Below are positions 51,069-60,001 of a stretch of 64,000 nt of DNA, piece after piece. Source of the stretch: Candidatus Poribacteria bacterium (GTDB lineage Bacteria > Poribacteria > WGA-4E > PCPOR2b); the NCBI GenBank assembly GCA_965208325.1, contig OZ242326.1, positions 832,001 to 896,000 of the forward strand. Reading direction: 5' to 3'. Positions within the stretch are counted from its first letter, which is position 1; the number at the start of each line of letters is the position of its first letter. The translations under genes and the position numbers were made by a program. The notes under the pieces were generated by a model. It was not told the DNA's origin. It did no database searches and saw only the letters and a program-made list of their open reading frames with translations.

Positions 51069-51166
51069 TAGCAGGCACACTCAGTATGCCGTAGCATTAT
51101 CCCGACCCGTCCATCAGCTTTCAATGCAATATACGCAAACAACGGCACACGGAGTGTGCTTACTAC
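51069..51166. repeat. Degenerate REPIN-like inverted pair (same family as 55725..55824)
   Basis: TAGCAGGCACACTCAGTATGCCGT ... ACGGCACACGGAGTGTGCTTACTAC. Confidence 0.75.
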
Positions 51167-51250
51167 TATAGTCACTGCAACTAAAAATTACACATTACCT
51201 TTTCAATCCGATCAAAAAGAGGTGTAACCCCCCCTAACCCCCCTTTTCAG

Positions 51251-51543
51251 CTTACTATTGCCCACAAGTCCAGAAATTTGCACGGTGCCACCTGTGGGAG
51301 GGAGATCCTTCTCCCGATTGTCGAGAATCAAGCGACCGAATAGGGAGCGCGATAGTTTTAAGTGTCTCTCCTACAGTGAGGACACTTTAGTCGGTTCATT
51401 GACAATAATCATTCCCCTCCTTACTAAGGAGGATCAACTGACCGAATAAGGAAGGCGATAGGTTTTATAGTTCTTCCTAGTTCTTATAGGTTGGGTTGAA
51501 CGCTGTTTCTAGCACCCTCATTAAGATGTGGGTAATAGTAAGT
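51251..51543. mobile_element. Non-autonomous MITE-like insertion with target-site duplication
   Basis: TIRs CTTACTATTGCCCACA (51251-51266) and TGTGGGTAATAGTAAG (51527-51542), 15/16 match; CCTTTTCAG duplicated at 51242-51250 and 51544-51552; no transposase inside. Confidence 0.75.
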
Positions 51544-51602
51544 CCTTTTCAGGGGGTATCTGAATGTGTGTAAATATGAATGTAAATGGCTATATTATGC
51601 GC

Positions 51603-52793
51603 TCAAACGACCTCATCCCTGCACAACTCCGTTATCGCATCGTCATCTAAGCCTAGTATTTCCTTGAGAACTTCAGCCGTGTGCTGGCCCAGCGTGGGCG
51701 GCGGCAGACGCATCTCGGCAGGGGTCATCGACAGTTTGAACGGAGTTCCAGCGAGTTTCACGCTGCCCGCAGAGGGGTGGGGCATCTCGACAGTCATTTC
51801 CCGTGCGGCTGCCTGCGGATCGGCGAACACGGTGTCAAGTGTATTGACTGGTCCTGCGGGTACGTCAGCATCGGCGCAGAGTTGCAGCCATTCGGCAACA
51901 GTCCTCCGGCGGAACAAGTTCTCCAACATGGGTATCAATACGTCCCGGTGTGCGACGCGCTGCGGGTTGGACGCAAAACGCACATCCTTACCCAACGCAC
52001 TCACACCCGCCGCTTCACAGAATCGCAGCCATTGTCCGTCGTTGCCGATGGCTAAGACTAAAAAATCGTCCGCCGCTTGAAACGCCTGATACGGAACGAT
52101 GCTGGCGTGTGCGTTCCCCCACCGCAGCGGCACCTCGCCCGAACACAGATAATTGCTGCCGACGTTTGCCAACAGCGCAATCTGCGAATCGAACAAGGAA
52201 ATATCAAGATGCTGTCCCTCACCGCTGCGTTCACGAGCGTACAGTGCGGCAAGTATCGCATTGCATGCGAACAGCGCAGCCGCAACATCAACAATGGCAA
52301 CGCCTACCTTCATGGGCGCCCCGCCGCGCTCGCCGGTGATGGACATAAACCCGCCGCGTCCTTGAATCAGAGAATCGTATCCCGCTAACTCACGGTCAGG
52401 ACCGGTGTGCCCAAAACCGCTAATGGAGCAGTAAATTAATCGAGGATTAATATCCTTGAGTTCGGTGTACCCTAAACCGAGTTGGTCGGCGCCTCCGATT
52501 CGAAAGTTCTCGACCAACACATCGCTGTTGCGCGCTAAATCCTGCGCAATGGCGGCGCCTCGCCTGTCCTTGAGGTCGAGGGTGATGCTTTTCTTGTTGC
52601 GGTTGCAGCATAGGTAATATGCCGACTCGCCCCCGACAAACGGCGGGCCCCATTGCCGTGTTTCGTCGCCGGCATCCGGACGCTCGACTTTGATTACCTC
52701 CGCGCCCAGATCGCCCAACATCATGGCACAATAGGGACCGGCTAAATGCCGCGACAATTCCAGCACGCGCACGCCATCGAGCGCACCTGCCAT
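51603..52793 (-). CDS. CaiB/BaiF family III CoA-transferase
   Basis: LAGPYC..LGDLGAEVIKVE, NRNKKS, ENFR, SISGFG and PPTLGQHT motifs. Confidence 0.93.
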   Translation of the reverse strand: MAGALDGVRVLELSRHLAGPYCAMMLGDLGAEVIKVERPDAGDETRQWGPPFVGGESAYYLCCNRNKKSITLDLKDRRGAAIAQDLARNSDVLVENFRIGGADQLGLGYTELKDINPRLIYCSISGFGHTGPDRELAGYDSLIQGRGGFMSITGERGGAPMKVGVAIVDVAAALFACNAILAALYARERSGEGQHLDISLFDSQIALLANVGSNYLCSGEVPLRWGNAHASIVPYQAFQAADDFLVLAIGNDGQWLRFCEAAGVSALGKDVRFASNPQRVAHRDVLIPMLENLFRRRTVAEWLQLCADADVPAGPVNTLDTVFADPQAAAREMTVEMPHPSAGSVKLAGTPFKLSMTPAEMRLPPPTLGQHTAEVLKEILGLDDDAITELCRDEVV

Positions 52794-54007
52794 TACGTAT
52801 CCTCCGCAAACGGATACGGCGGCAGTATTTGCGTTAAACGCTTGTCAGTTCGGTATCCGAGCGCATATTCTGCCTGCATCAATTGGTGAATTTCCTGCGT
52901 TCCCTCGTAGATTAACGCCCCACGGGAGTTTCGCAAGTAGCGTTCGACCGGGTACTCGTCGCTATAACCGTTGGCGCCATGGACTTGCACGGCGTCATCC
53001 GCAGCTCTGAAGGCGTTCTGACAATTCACCCACTTCGCCAGGCTCGCCTCGCGTGTACAGCGCGCCCCTCGATTCATCATCCAGCCAATCTGATAGTATA
53101 GCAGCCGCCCGGTGTCCCTCCCCGCGACCATGCGGGCAATTTTTTGCTGAACGAGTTGGTGTTTTCCAATCGGACGCCCAAACGTCTCGCGCGCCTTAAC
53201 GTAGGATGTACTCGCCTCAAGGCACGCCTCTATCAAACCGACCGCCCCGGCGGCAACTGTGTAGCGACCGCTGTCCAATGCACTCATGGCGATCTTGAAT
53301 CCTTCGCCCTCTTCACCGACACGATTCGCTGCCGGTACGTGCACCTCTCGCAGTACGATCCCACCGGTAGCGCCGATGCGTCCCCCCAGTTTGTGTTTGA
53401 TGCTAGAGGTGCTGACACCCTCGAAGCTGCGTTCCACGATAAATGCCGAAATGCCGCGGTACTTGGTGCTAGGGTCGGTGTAGGCAAAAACCAAATATTG
53501 GTCGGCGATGTCGGCGAAACCGATCCACGTTTTCTCGCCGTCGAGAATATAACTGCCGCCCTCCCGCCGGGCGGTGGTGCGAATATTCGAGACATCGCTT
53601 CCCGCATGCGGTTCAGTCAGCGCAAACACCCCCAACTTCTCGCCGCGCGCCTGCGGCGCAAGATAATCGGCCTTTTGCGCGCCGCTTCCCCACCGAAACA
53701 ACGTCAACGAGTTGAGGCCTAGATGCACGGAAACCAACACGCGAAAAGCGCTGTCCGCACGCTCCAACTCTTCACAGACGATGCCGAGGCTTAGATAGTC
53801 GCGCCCCAATCCGCCGTGGCATCGGGGAATGCAAACGCCGAACAGCCCCTCTGCCGCCATCTTCGGCAAAATTTCCCGCGGAAATTTCTGTGCGCGGTCC
53901 CATTCGCGGACATACGGCAAAATCTCGCGTGCACAAAACTCGCGCGCCGCATTGCGGATGGCGTCGTGCTCCGATGTCAATGTGAAGTCCAAAATTTGAA
54001 TCTCCAT
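52793..54007 (-). CDS. Acyl-CoA dehydrogenase
   Basis: ALTEPHAGSD, GEKTWI, RETFGRPI, QVHGANGY and IYEGT motifs. Confidence 0.93.
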   Translation of the reverse strand: MEIQILDFTLTSEHDAIRNAAREFCAREILPYVREWDRAQKFPREILPKMAAEGLFGVCIPRCHGGLGRDYLSLGIVCEELERADSAFRVLVSVHLGLNSLTLFRWGSGAQKADYLAPQARGEKLGVFALTEPHAGSDVSNIRTTARREGGSYILDGEKTWIGFADIADQYLVFAYTDPSTKYRGISAFIVERSFEGVSTSSIKHKLGGRIGATGGIVLREVHVPAANRVGEEGEGFKIAMSALDSGRYTVAAGAVGLIEACLEASTSYVKARETFGRPIGKHQLVQQKIARMVAGRDTGRLLYYQIGWMMNRGARCTREASLAKWVNCQNAFRAADDAVQVHGANGYSDEYPVERYLRNSRGALIYEGTQEIHQLMQAEYALGYRTDKRLTQILPPYPFAEDT

Positions 54008-54088
54008 GCTTGGGAAGGGGTTGTCGGTATTGATTACAGTATATCAAATTCGAATTTTCTGATAAACAGAAAAAACAGACAATCCCTC

Positions 54089-54116
54089 TTGACAAAATCT
54101 GCAATTTTCGTATAAT
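54089..54116 (+). promoter_or_regulatory. Consensus sigma-70 promoter
   Basis: Perfect TTGACA (54089-54094) and TATAAT (54111-54116) with a 16-bp spacer. Confidence 0.65.
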
Positions 54117-54193
54117 GAGAAACGGTCGTGTAGATTGTAGACACTTGCTAACGCCATGTTCTAGCCATTCAGCGGAGAAGAATGCGATTCGTT

Positions 54194-54223
54194 AAACCGA
54201 GTTTTTTCTTCAAAACTCGGTTT
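54194..54223 (+). terminator. Hairpin, possible intrinsic terminator or repeat unit
   Basis: Perfect 12-bp stem AAACCGAGTTTT/AAAACTCGGTTT. Confidence 0.45.
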
Positions 54224-54420
54224 CTGTAATTTGATATCAATCGGTTTGGATTTCCAAGCCCTCATTGATAGAACCTGCCTATCCGCGGTAACAATACAAT
54301 GTGTGAACCATCTCATTGACAAATACTAATTTTCGTAATTATTGCATAATCGAATTAATTTGAGCCAGAGATGTTTGATGTTCATGATTACCATTCACGG
54401 AAAGTTGCCGTAGCCGTAGG

Positions 54421-54556
54421 GGATCAACCGAGTGAATAGCGAGGGATCAACCGACCGAATAGGGAGGGCGATAGTCTTACCTCAACACACCTCCTGTGGG
54501 AGCGTCCTCCCGGACGCGATAATCCCCGAATATTGAGGAAAGGATGCCTCTCCCAC
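54421..54556. repeat. Dispersed repeat cluster (GATCAACCGACCGAATAGGGAGGGCGATAG family plus GTGG-REP-like pair)
   Basis: Copies at 54421 (partial) and 54444; related copies at 51326 and 51431; CCTGTGGGAG...CTCTCCCAC inverted pair. Confidence 0.65.
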
Positions 54557-54703
54557 CGAGGACATTACGGCGAATATCAAAAATGTGCCGCCCTAAAAAA
54601 CTAGCACCAAAGGTTTTGAAGACATTTACAGGAATGTGGGAAGGCTGCCATTGAAATTCTTTAATCGCATGTACCCGCACATAGAGAAAAAGAGGATTAA
54701 ACA

Positions 54704-55603
54704 ATGCGAGTTTTTGTTACGGGCGGCACCGGATATATCGGCAGCGCCGTTGTATCGGAACTTGTCAAGGGGTCTCACCAGGTAACCGGACTCGCCAGAT
54801 CGGCGGACAAGGAGACCGAACTGGCGGATCTTGGAGTCGCACCGGTGCGAGGCGATTTGAGAGACGTTTACGGCTTCAGGGACCTCGCGGCGGAACACGA
54901 CGCCATCATTCATATCGGCTTTGAACGCAGCCCGGAAGGCTACGCCGCCGACCGCGCAGTCATGGAAGCGCTCCTCGCCGCCGCAAACGCCGCGTCCGGC
55001 GCCCGCCATGTAATCTATACCTCCGGTCTGTGGGTACTCGGCACCGTCAGCCAAGACCCCGTGGATGAAGATGCTACGACAGAACAGCCGGTTCCACTCG
55101 TCGCCTGGCGCCCGCCGCACGAAAGGCTGGTGTTGGACGCCGATTCGGAATCGGTGACTACATCAATTATCCGCCCGGGAATGGTTTATGGCGGAGACGG
55201 CGGAATCTTAGAGTCGTACTTCATTTCGGCGGATAAGGGCGAGCCGGTTGTTCATGTTGGCGAGGGGGTTAACCGCTTCTGCTTTGTGCACCGCGAGGAC
55301 CTGGCGGAGCTATACCGGCTCGTCGTAGAGAAACGGGCAGCCGGCATCTTCCACGGGATTGATGATGCATTTATCACAATTTCCGATGCGGCGCGCGCCG
55401 TTAGCCAAGCCGCAGGCAAAGGCAGCCCGGTACATAGCCAGCCGCTCGAAGACGCGCGGGATGAGATGGGATTGTTCGCCGATGCGCTCTGCACCGATCA
55501 GGCGGTGGTTGCGCGCCGTTCCCGTGAACTTGGTTGGCAGCCGCGTCATCCCCCGTTTCCCGAAAGCGCCCGCGCAGCCTATCGTGAGTGGAAAGAAAGT
55601 TAA
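54704..55603 (+). CDS. NAD-dependent epimerase/dehydratase family protein (atypical SDR)
   Basis: VTGGTGYIG, IYTSG, RPGMVYG and VHREDLA motifs. Confidence 0.88.
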   Translation: MRVFVTGGTGYIGSAVVSELVKGSHQVTGLARSADKETELADLGVAPVRGDLRDVYGFRDLAAEHDAIIHIGFERSPEGYAADRAVMEALLAAANAASGARHVIYTSGLWVLGTVSQDPVDEDATTEQPVPLVAWRPPHERLVLDADSESVTTSIIRPGMVYGGDGGILESYFISADKGEPVVHVGEGVNRFCFVHREDLAELYRLVVEKRAAGIFHGIDDAFITISDAARAVSQAAGKGSPVHSQPLEDARDEMGLFADALCTDQAVVARRSRELGWQPRHPPFPESARAAYREWKES

Positions 55604-55724
55604 ACTATTTGGGAGTTACGCACTTCAATAGTGAACAACGATCGATGTTCATTACGAAATGGAGAAAATACTGGGGCATTACCCTTGAAATTGTCGCGCC
55701 CTGTGGCGATGAATCTCCTGTAAA

Positions 55725-55824
55725 GTAGTAGGCACACTCCGTGTGCCGTAAGTTACAAATGCTGCTTAACGGCCGGATGGCGGCATCGGGACGAGGTTTA
55801 CGGCACACGGAGTGTGCCTACTAC
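55725..55824. repeat. REPIN-like element with perfect 27-bp inverted arms
   Basis: GTAGTAGGCACACTCCGTGTGCCGTAA (55725-55751) is the exact reverse complement of 55798-55824; each arm contains a GGCACAC/GTGTGCC hairpin. Confidence 0.85.
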
Positions 55825-56114
55825 GATGCCTTGCGCGTTCAACTGCTTACGTCCTATCCAATTTGAATTTTTGGCATGCGCGAATTCCTTGGGCTAAGGC
55901 GTATCAACATTTTGATGTTGCGAATGGGTCAATTGACCGTGTGATTTGCCAAAAACCCAAACTGTGTGAGAAGTCCCACCTAGTGGGCAACCGCGAGCGT
56001 TGCTCCAATGTAGTGGCAGGTCTTGTGCCTGACCAAAAACCTCGAAATCGAGATGCGTTAAACTAGTGTCAACAGAATCTAATACAGCCCAATAAAATAC
56101 AAAAGGAGCAATCT

Positions 56115-57008
56115 ATGAGATTTGTATCTTTCGCAACCGACGGCGGCTCACATTATGGTATTTTAAAAGATGACCGCGTCCTCGACTTAACAGTGGCGGG
56201 CGGCGCAGACCTTCCCAGCGACATGCTCGGTTTAATTGACCTTGGGGCTTCCGGAATTGCACGTGCGCAGCAAGTGGCGGACCAGTCACCGGACTCGGCG
56301 TGGCAGCCGCTCGATTCATCCAAATTGCTCGCGCCTATCCCGGTCCCCCGCCGCAACGTGTTCTGCATAGGCATGAACTACGCCGCCCACGCAGCCGAAG
56401 GCGCTTTGGCGAGGGGCGTAGAGCCTTCACTTCCCACAGTACCGGTTTTCTTCACAAAAACCACGACCGCGGTCACGGGACCATATTCGGATGTCCCGTT
56501 CGATGCCGCCGTATCCGATCAGATTGACTGGGAAGTCGAATTGGCGGTCATCATCGGCGGGCGCGGGAAGAACATCTCGCCGGAATCGGCGATGGACTAC
56601 GTCTTCGGGTATACCGTCGTCAACGACCTCTCGGCTCGAGATTTACAATTCAGCCATAACCAGTTCTTTAAGGGCAAGAGCCTGGACGGCGCGTGTCCGA
56701 TGGGACCGTGCATTGTGACCGCGGACGAGATTTCAGACCCCCATGCACTCGACGTGCGCTGCACTGTCAACGGCGTCCTCAAGCAGGAGTCCAACACATC
56801 CGATCTCATCTTCGACATCCCGGCGACCATTGACTGGCTTTCGCGCGGGTTGACGATTCAACCGGGCGATGTCATCTCCACCGGCACCCCCAGCGGCGTC
56901 GGCTTCGCACGAACACCGCCGGAATTCCTGTTCCCCGGCGATGTCGTCGAATGCGAAGTCGAGGAAATCGGAATTATAAAAAATCGGATGATTGATGTTG
57001 GTGGATGA
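56115..57008 (+). CDS. Fumarylacetoacetate hydrolase family protein
   Basis: CIGMNYAAH, DWEVEL, NDLSARD, GKSLD and STGTPSGVG motifs. Confidence 0.92.
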   Translation: MRFVSFATDGGSHYGILKDDRVLDLTVAGGADLPSDMLGLIDLGASGIARAQQVADQSPDSAWQPLDSSKLLAPIPVPRRNVFCIGMNYAAHAAEGALARGVEPSLPTVPVFFTKTTTAVTGPYSDVPFDAAVSDQIDWEVELAVIIGGRGKNISPESAMDYVFGYTVVNDLSARDLQFSHNQFFKGKSLDGACPMGPCIVTADEISDPHALDVRCTVNGVLKQESNTSDLIFDIPATIDWLSRGLTIQPGDVISTGTPSGVGFARTPPEFLFPGDVVECEVEEIGIIKNRMIDVGG

Positions 57009-57081
57009 ACATCTCCTCTCCCGACTACTACATAATCAACATTAAATCTTTCATCACGCTAAGCGAATTCAGGTATTGGCA

Positions 57082-59961
57082 ATGAGGAAATCGGTCACAC
57101 CCGTCCCCAATCCCCAGCAACAGAAGGCGATTCGGACAACAGAAGGGCCGCTGCTCATTATTGCTGGTCCTGGATCTGGAAAGACCTTTACGCTTGTTGA
57201 GCGTATCAATCTCTTAATTTCGCAAAAGGGAATTCCGCCGGAATCGCTCTTCGTCGCAACTTTTACTGAAAAAGCCGCGGCCGAACTGATCAGTCGAATC
57301 TCACTAAAATTGGATTCCGCCAAAATCACCGCCAATCTGAACGAGATGTACATTGGCACCTTCCACTCCATCTGTCTTCGATTTCTTGAGGAACACCGTA
57401 GATTTACCCGCCTGGCGCGCAACTTCACCTTATTAGATCAATTCGATCAGCAGTATTTTCTTTATCAGCGCTTGTCTGACTATCAGGCGATTGAGGGAAG
57501 TGAGCATATTTTGGATAATCCAAGAGCTACATGGTGGGGTAAGGCGGAAAATCTTATGAAATGGGTGAACAAGGTGAGCGAGGAGGCGCTTGCCCCGGAA
57601 GATTTGCTTGATGCCGACGAGCCTGAAGTTCAAGCGCTTGGACGCTGTTATCAACAGTATCAGGCACATCTCGAAGCCGAAAACTGCCTTGATTTTTCCA
57701 CGATTCAAGTTGAGGCGTTGCGTCTGCTCGACCAATACCCGGAGGTACTTGACGAGATTCGCACTAAGATTCAGTATTTGATGATCGATGAGTTTCAGGA
57801 CACCAACACCGTTCAAGAAATCATCCTGTTCAAACTTGCCGAACCGAACTACAATCTCTGCGTTGTAGGTGACGATGACCAAGGACTTTACCGATTTCGG
57901 GGCGCGACGATACGTAACATTCTCCAATTCCCGCAGCGGTTCCCGCCGGGAGATTGCCAGCAAGTCAAACTCACGACCAACTACCGATCGCACCCGGATG
58001 TCATCGGTTTTTACAACGATTGGATGGATAGCCTTGATTGGTCCGAGGACGGCAAAACTTTCCGCTATGAGAAAACAATTGTTGAAAACTCGGAACGAGA
58101 ATTCACGGAGGTGCCGGCCGTGCTGAAGGTCTCAGGTGAATTAGACTCTGAGAACTGGCACGAGGAAGTCCTTGCGTTCCTTCGCCACCTAAAAGGCAAC
58201 GGTTCATTGACGGATTGGAATCAGGTCGCATTCCTTTTTCGATCGGTGCGGAATGAGAAAGTCGTTGCACTCGCAGGCGCGTTGGAGGAAAACGGAATTC
58301 CCGTCTATTCCCCGCGATCTAATCTGTTCTTCGACCGGGCAGAAATTCGCCTCATGATCGGCGCGTTAATTTTCCTCTTCCCCCAATTTGAAAATGTTCG
58401 GAAGTGGAATAAAGACGCTTCGCTTGATATCTGGAACTATTACGATGACGACTGTTTTCGGGATTTTGCTGACGAACTCCGCAAGCCAGACAATAAGTCT
58501 ATGTTGGCGTGGTGCAGAAGGCGAGCAAAAGCGCATCTCCACCTGATAGAGTCGACAGACTATGCCTTCTCTGGGCTGTTCTACGAATTGTTGCAGTTTC
58601 CACTATTCAGTCAATACCTTGGCGAAGCTACGCAAGGCGGAGCAATAGACACCCGTCCTGCCCGAAACTTGGCAATTTTATCCCAACTCCTCAGCAAGTA
58701 TGAGTATCTGCATCACATCAACGTCTTAACGCCTGATTATCTGAACACGAATCTACGCAGGTTGTTCAATCGTTATTTTCGATTCCTTAAAGAGGGTGGG
58801 ATTGAAGAATTCGAGGATGCGTCTGATTATGCGCCAACAGGCTGCGTCTCCTTCATGACGATTCATCAGTCTAAAGGGTTGGAATTTCCGGTTGTATTAG
58901 TAGGCTCAATGGAAGCCAGACCTTACAAGCAACACACGGACCTTGATGCTGTGCTCCAGCGGAATTACTATAGAAAGCCGCCGTTTGAACCATTGGAGAA
59001 TACCAAAAGCTATGACTTCTGGCGACTTTTTTACACGGCATTTTCCCGAGCACAAAATCTACTAATTCTCACCTGTCAGGAACGAAAGGGGCGGTGGCCT
59101 GCTCCATCTGGATATCTCAGCGATTCCTACGCTCAAACCTGCGCATGGCGGGACCCCGCATTTCAATCACAAAACCTCACACTTGAAACAATCAGGGAAG
59201 TATCTCTAAAGCATGAGTATTCATTCACGTCCCATATCACCCTATATGAGAACTGCGCGCGGCAATACAAATTCTACCGCGACCTCCAGTTTGCCCCAAT
59301 TCGGCGGAACCCAATCCTCTTCGGGGTCGTGGTACATCAGACTATTGAGGACATCCACAAAGCCGTTCTACGAGGCGAAGAAAACAGTGTCACTGATGAA
59401 CAAATTTCGCGCTGGTTCAACGCCAACTATACTCACCTGTCTCGTCAAGAACGCCTTTATTTAAGCGCGGGCGGCCAAAATGCCGCCTTGGAACACGTCC
59501 TGAGATATGCTCACCGTGAGCGCAGAACATGGGATCGCCTTCGCGAAACAGAGGTCAAGGTTTCCGTTGTGAAGGACACCTACTTTTTAACCGGACATGT
59601 GGACTTAATCCGCGGCGAAGACGAGTCAATGGAAATTGTGGATTTTAAGTCGGAACGTAAACCTGACCTATTTGGCGAACGCGAGACGTTAGACCGCTAC
59701 CGGCGTCAACTCGAAGTCTATGCCCACATTGTAGAAGGACGCACCGGGCACAAGATTAGTAGAATGCACCTCTACTACACAGGAGAGGACAATAGTAATC
59801 CTTATGTCAGTTTTGACAAGAATCCGCGCTCAATTAATCGCACGATGGCAGCCTTTGACGATGTCGTTGAGCGTATCGAAGCAAAAAATTTCGAGATATC
59901 GGGACGTCCGGAGAAACTGTGCAAGAATTGTGACATGAAGGCATATTGTGATGCGATATAG
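57082..59961 (+). CDS. UvrD/PcrA-like SF1 helicase fused to a C-terminal PD-(D/E)XK nuclease with 4-Cys motif
   Basis: AGPGSGKT, DEFQDTN, GDDDQ..YRFRGA, NYRS, TIHQSKGLEF, YTAFSRA; C-terminal YENC...GHVDLI...VDFKS...QLEVY...CKNCDMKAYC. Confidence 0.9.
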   Translation: MRKSVTPVPNPQQQKAIRTTEGPLLIIAGPGSGKTFTLVERINLLISQKGIPPESLFVATFTEKAAAELISRISLKLDSAKITANLNEMYIGTFHSICLRFLEEHRRFTRLARNFTLLDQFDQQYFLYQRLSDYQAIEGSEHILDNPRATWWGKAENLMKWVNKVSEEALAPEDLLDADEPEVQALGRCYQQYQAHLEAENCLDFSTIQVEALRLLDQYPEVLDEIRTKIQYLMIDEFQDTNTVQEIILFKLAEPNYNLCVVGDDDQGLYRFRGATIRNILQFPQRFPPGDCQQVKLTTNYRSHPDVIGFYNDWMDSLDWSEDGKTFRYEKTIVENSEREFTEVPAVLKVSGELDSENWHEEVLAFLRHLKGNGSLTDWNQVAFLFRSVRNEKVVALAGALEENGIPVYSPRSNLFFDRAEIRLMIGALIFLFPQFENVRKWNKDASLDIWNYYDDDCFRDFADELRKPDNKSMLAWCRRRAKAHLHLIESTDYAFSGLFYELLQFPLFSQYLGEATQGGAIDTRPARNLAILSQLLSKYEYLHHINVLTPDYLNTNLRRLFNRYFRFLKEGGIEEFEDASDYAPTGCVSFMTIHQSKGLEFPVVLVGSMEARPYKQHTDLDAVLQRNYYRKPPFEPLENTKSYDFWRLFYTAFSRAQNLLILTCQERKGRWPAPSGYLSDSYAQTCAWRDPAFQSQNLTLETIREVSLKHEYSFTSHITLYENCARQYKFYRDLQFAPIRRNPILFGVVVHQTIEDIHKAVLRGEENSVTDEQISRWFNANYTHLSRQERLYLSAGGQNAALEHVLRYAHRERRTWDRLRETEVKVSVVKDTYFLTGHVDLIRGEDESMEIVDFKSERKPDLFGERETLDRYRRQLEVYAHIVEGRTGHKISRMHLYYTGEDNSNPYVSFDKNPRSINRTMAAFDDVVERIEAKNFEISGRPEKLCKNCDMKAYCDAI

Positions 59962-60001
59962 CAAGAGATTCAAATCGACGCAAGACGCAAGGAGAAGATT
60001 C

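Noticed and set aside
59200..59961. Cas4 / CRISPR adaptation gene
   Set aside because: The 4-Cys nuclease is fused to a UvrD helicase and there is no cas1/cas2 or array
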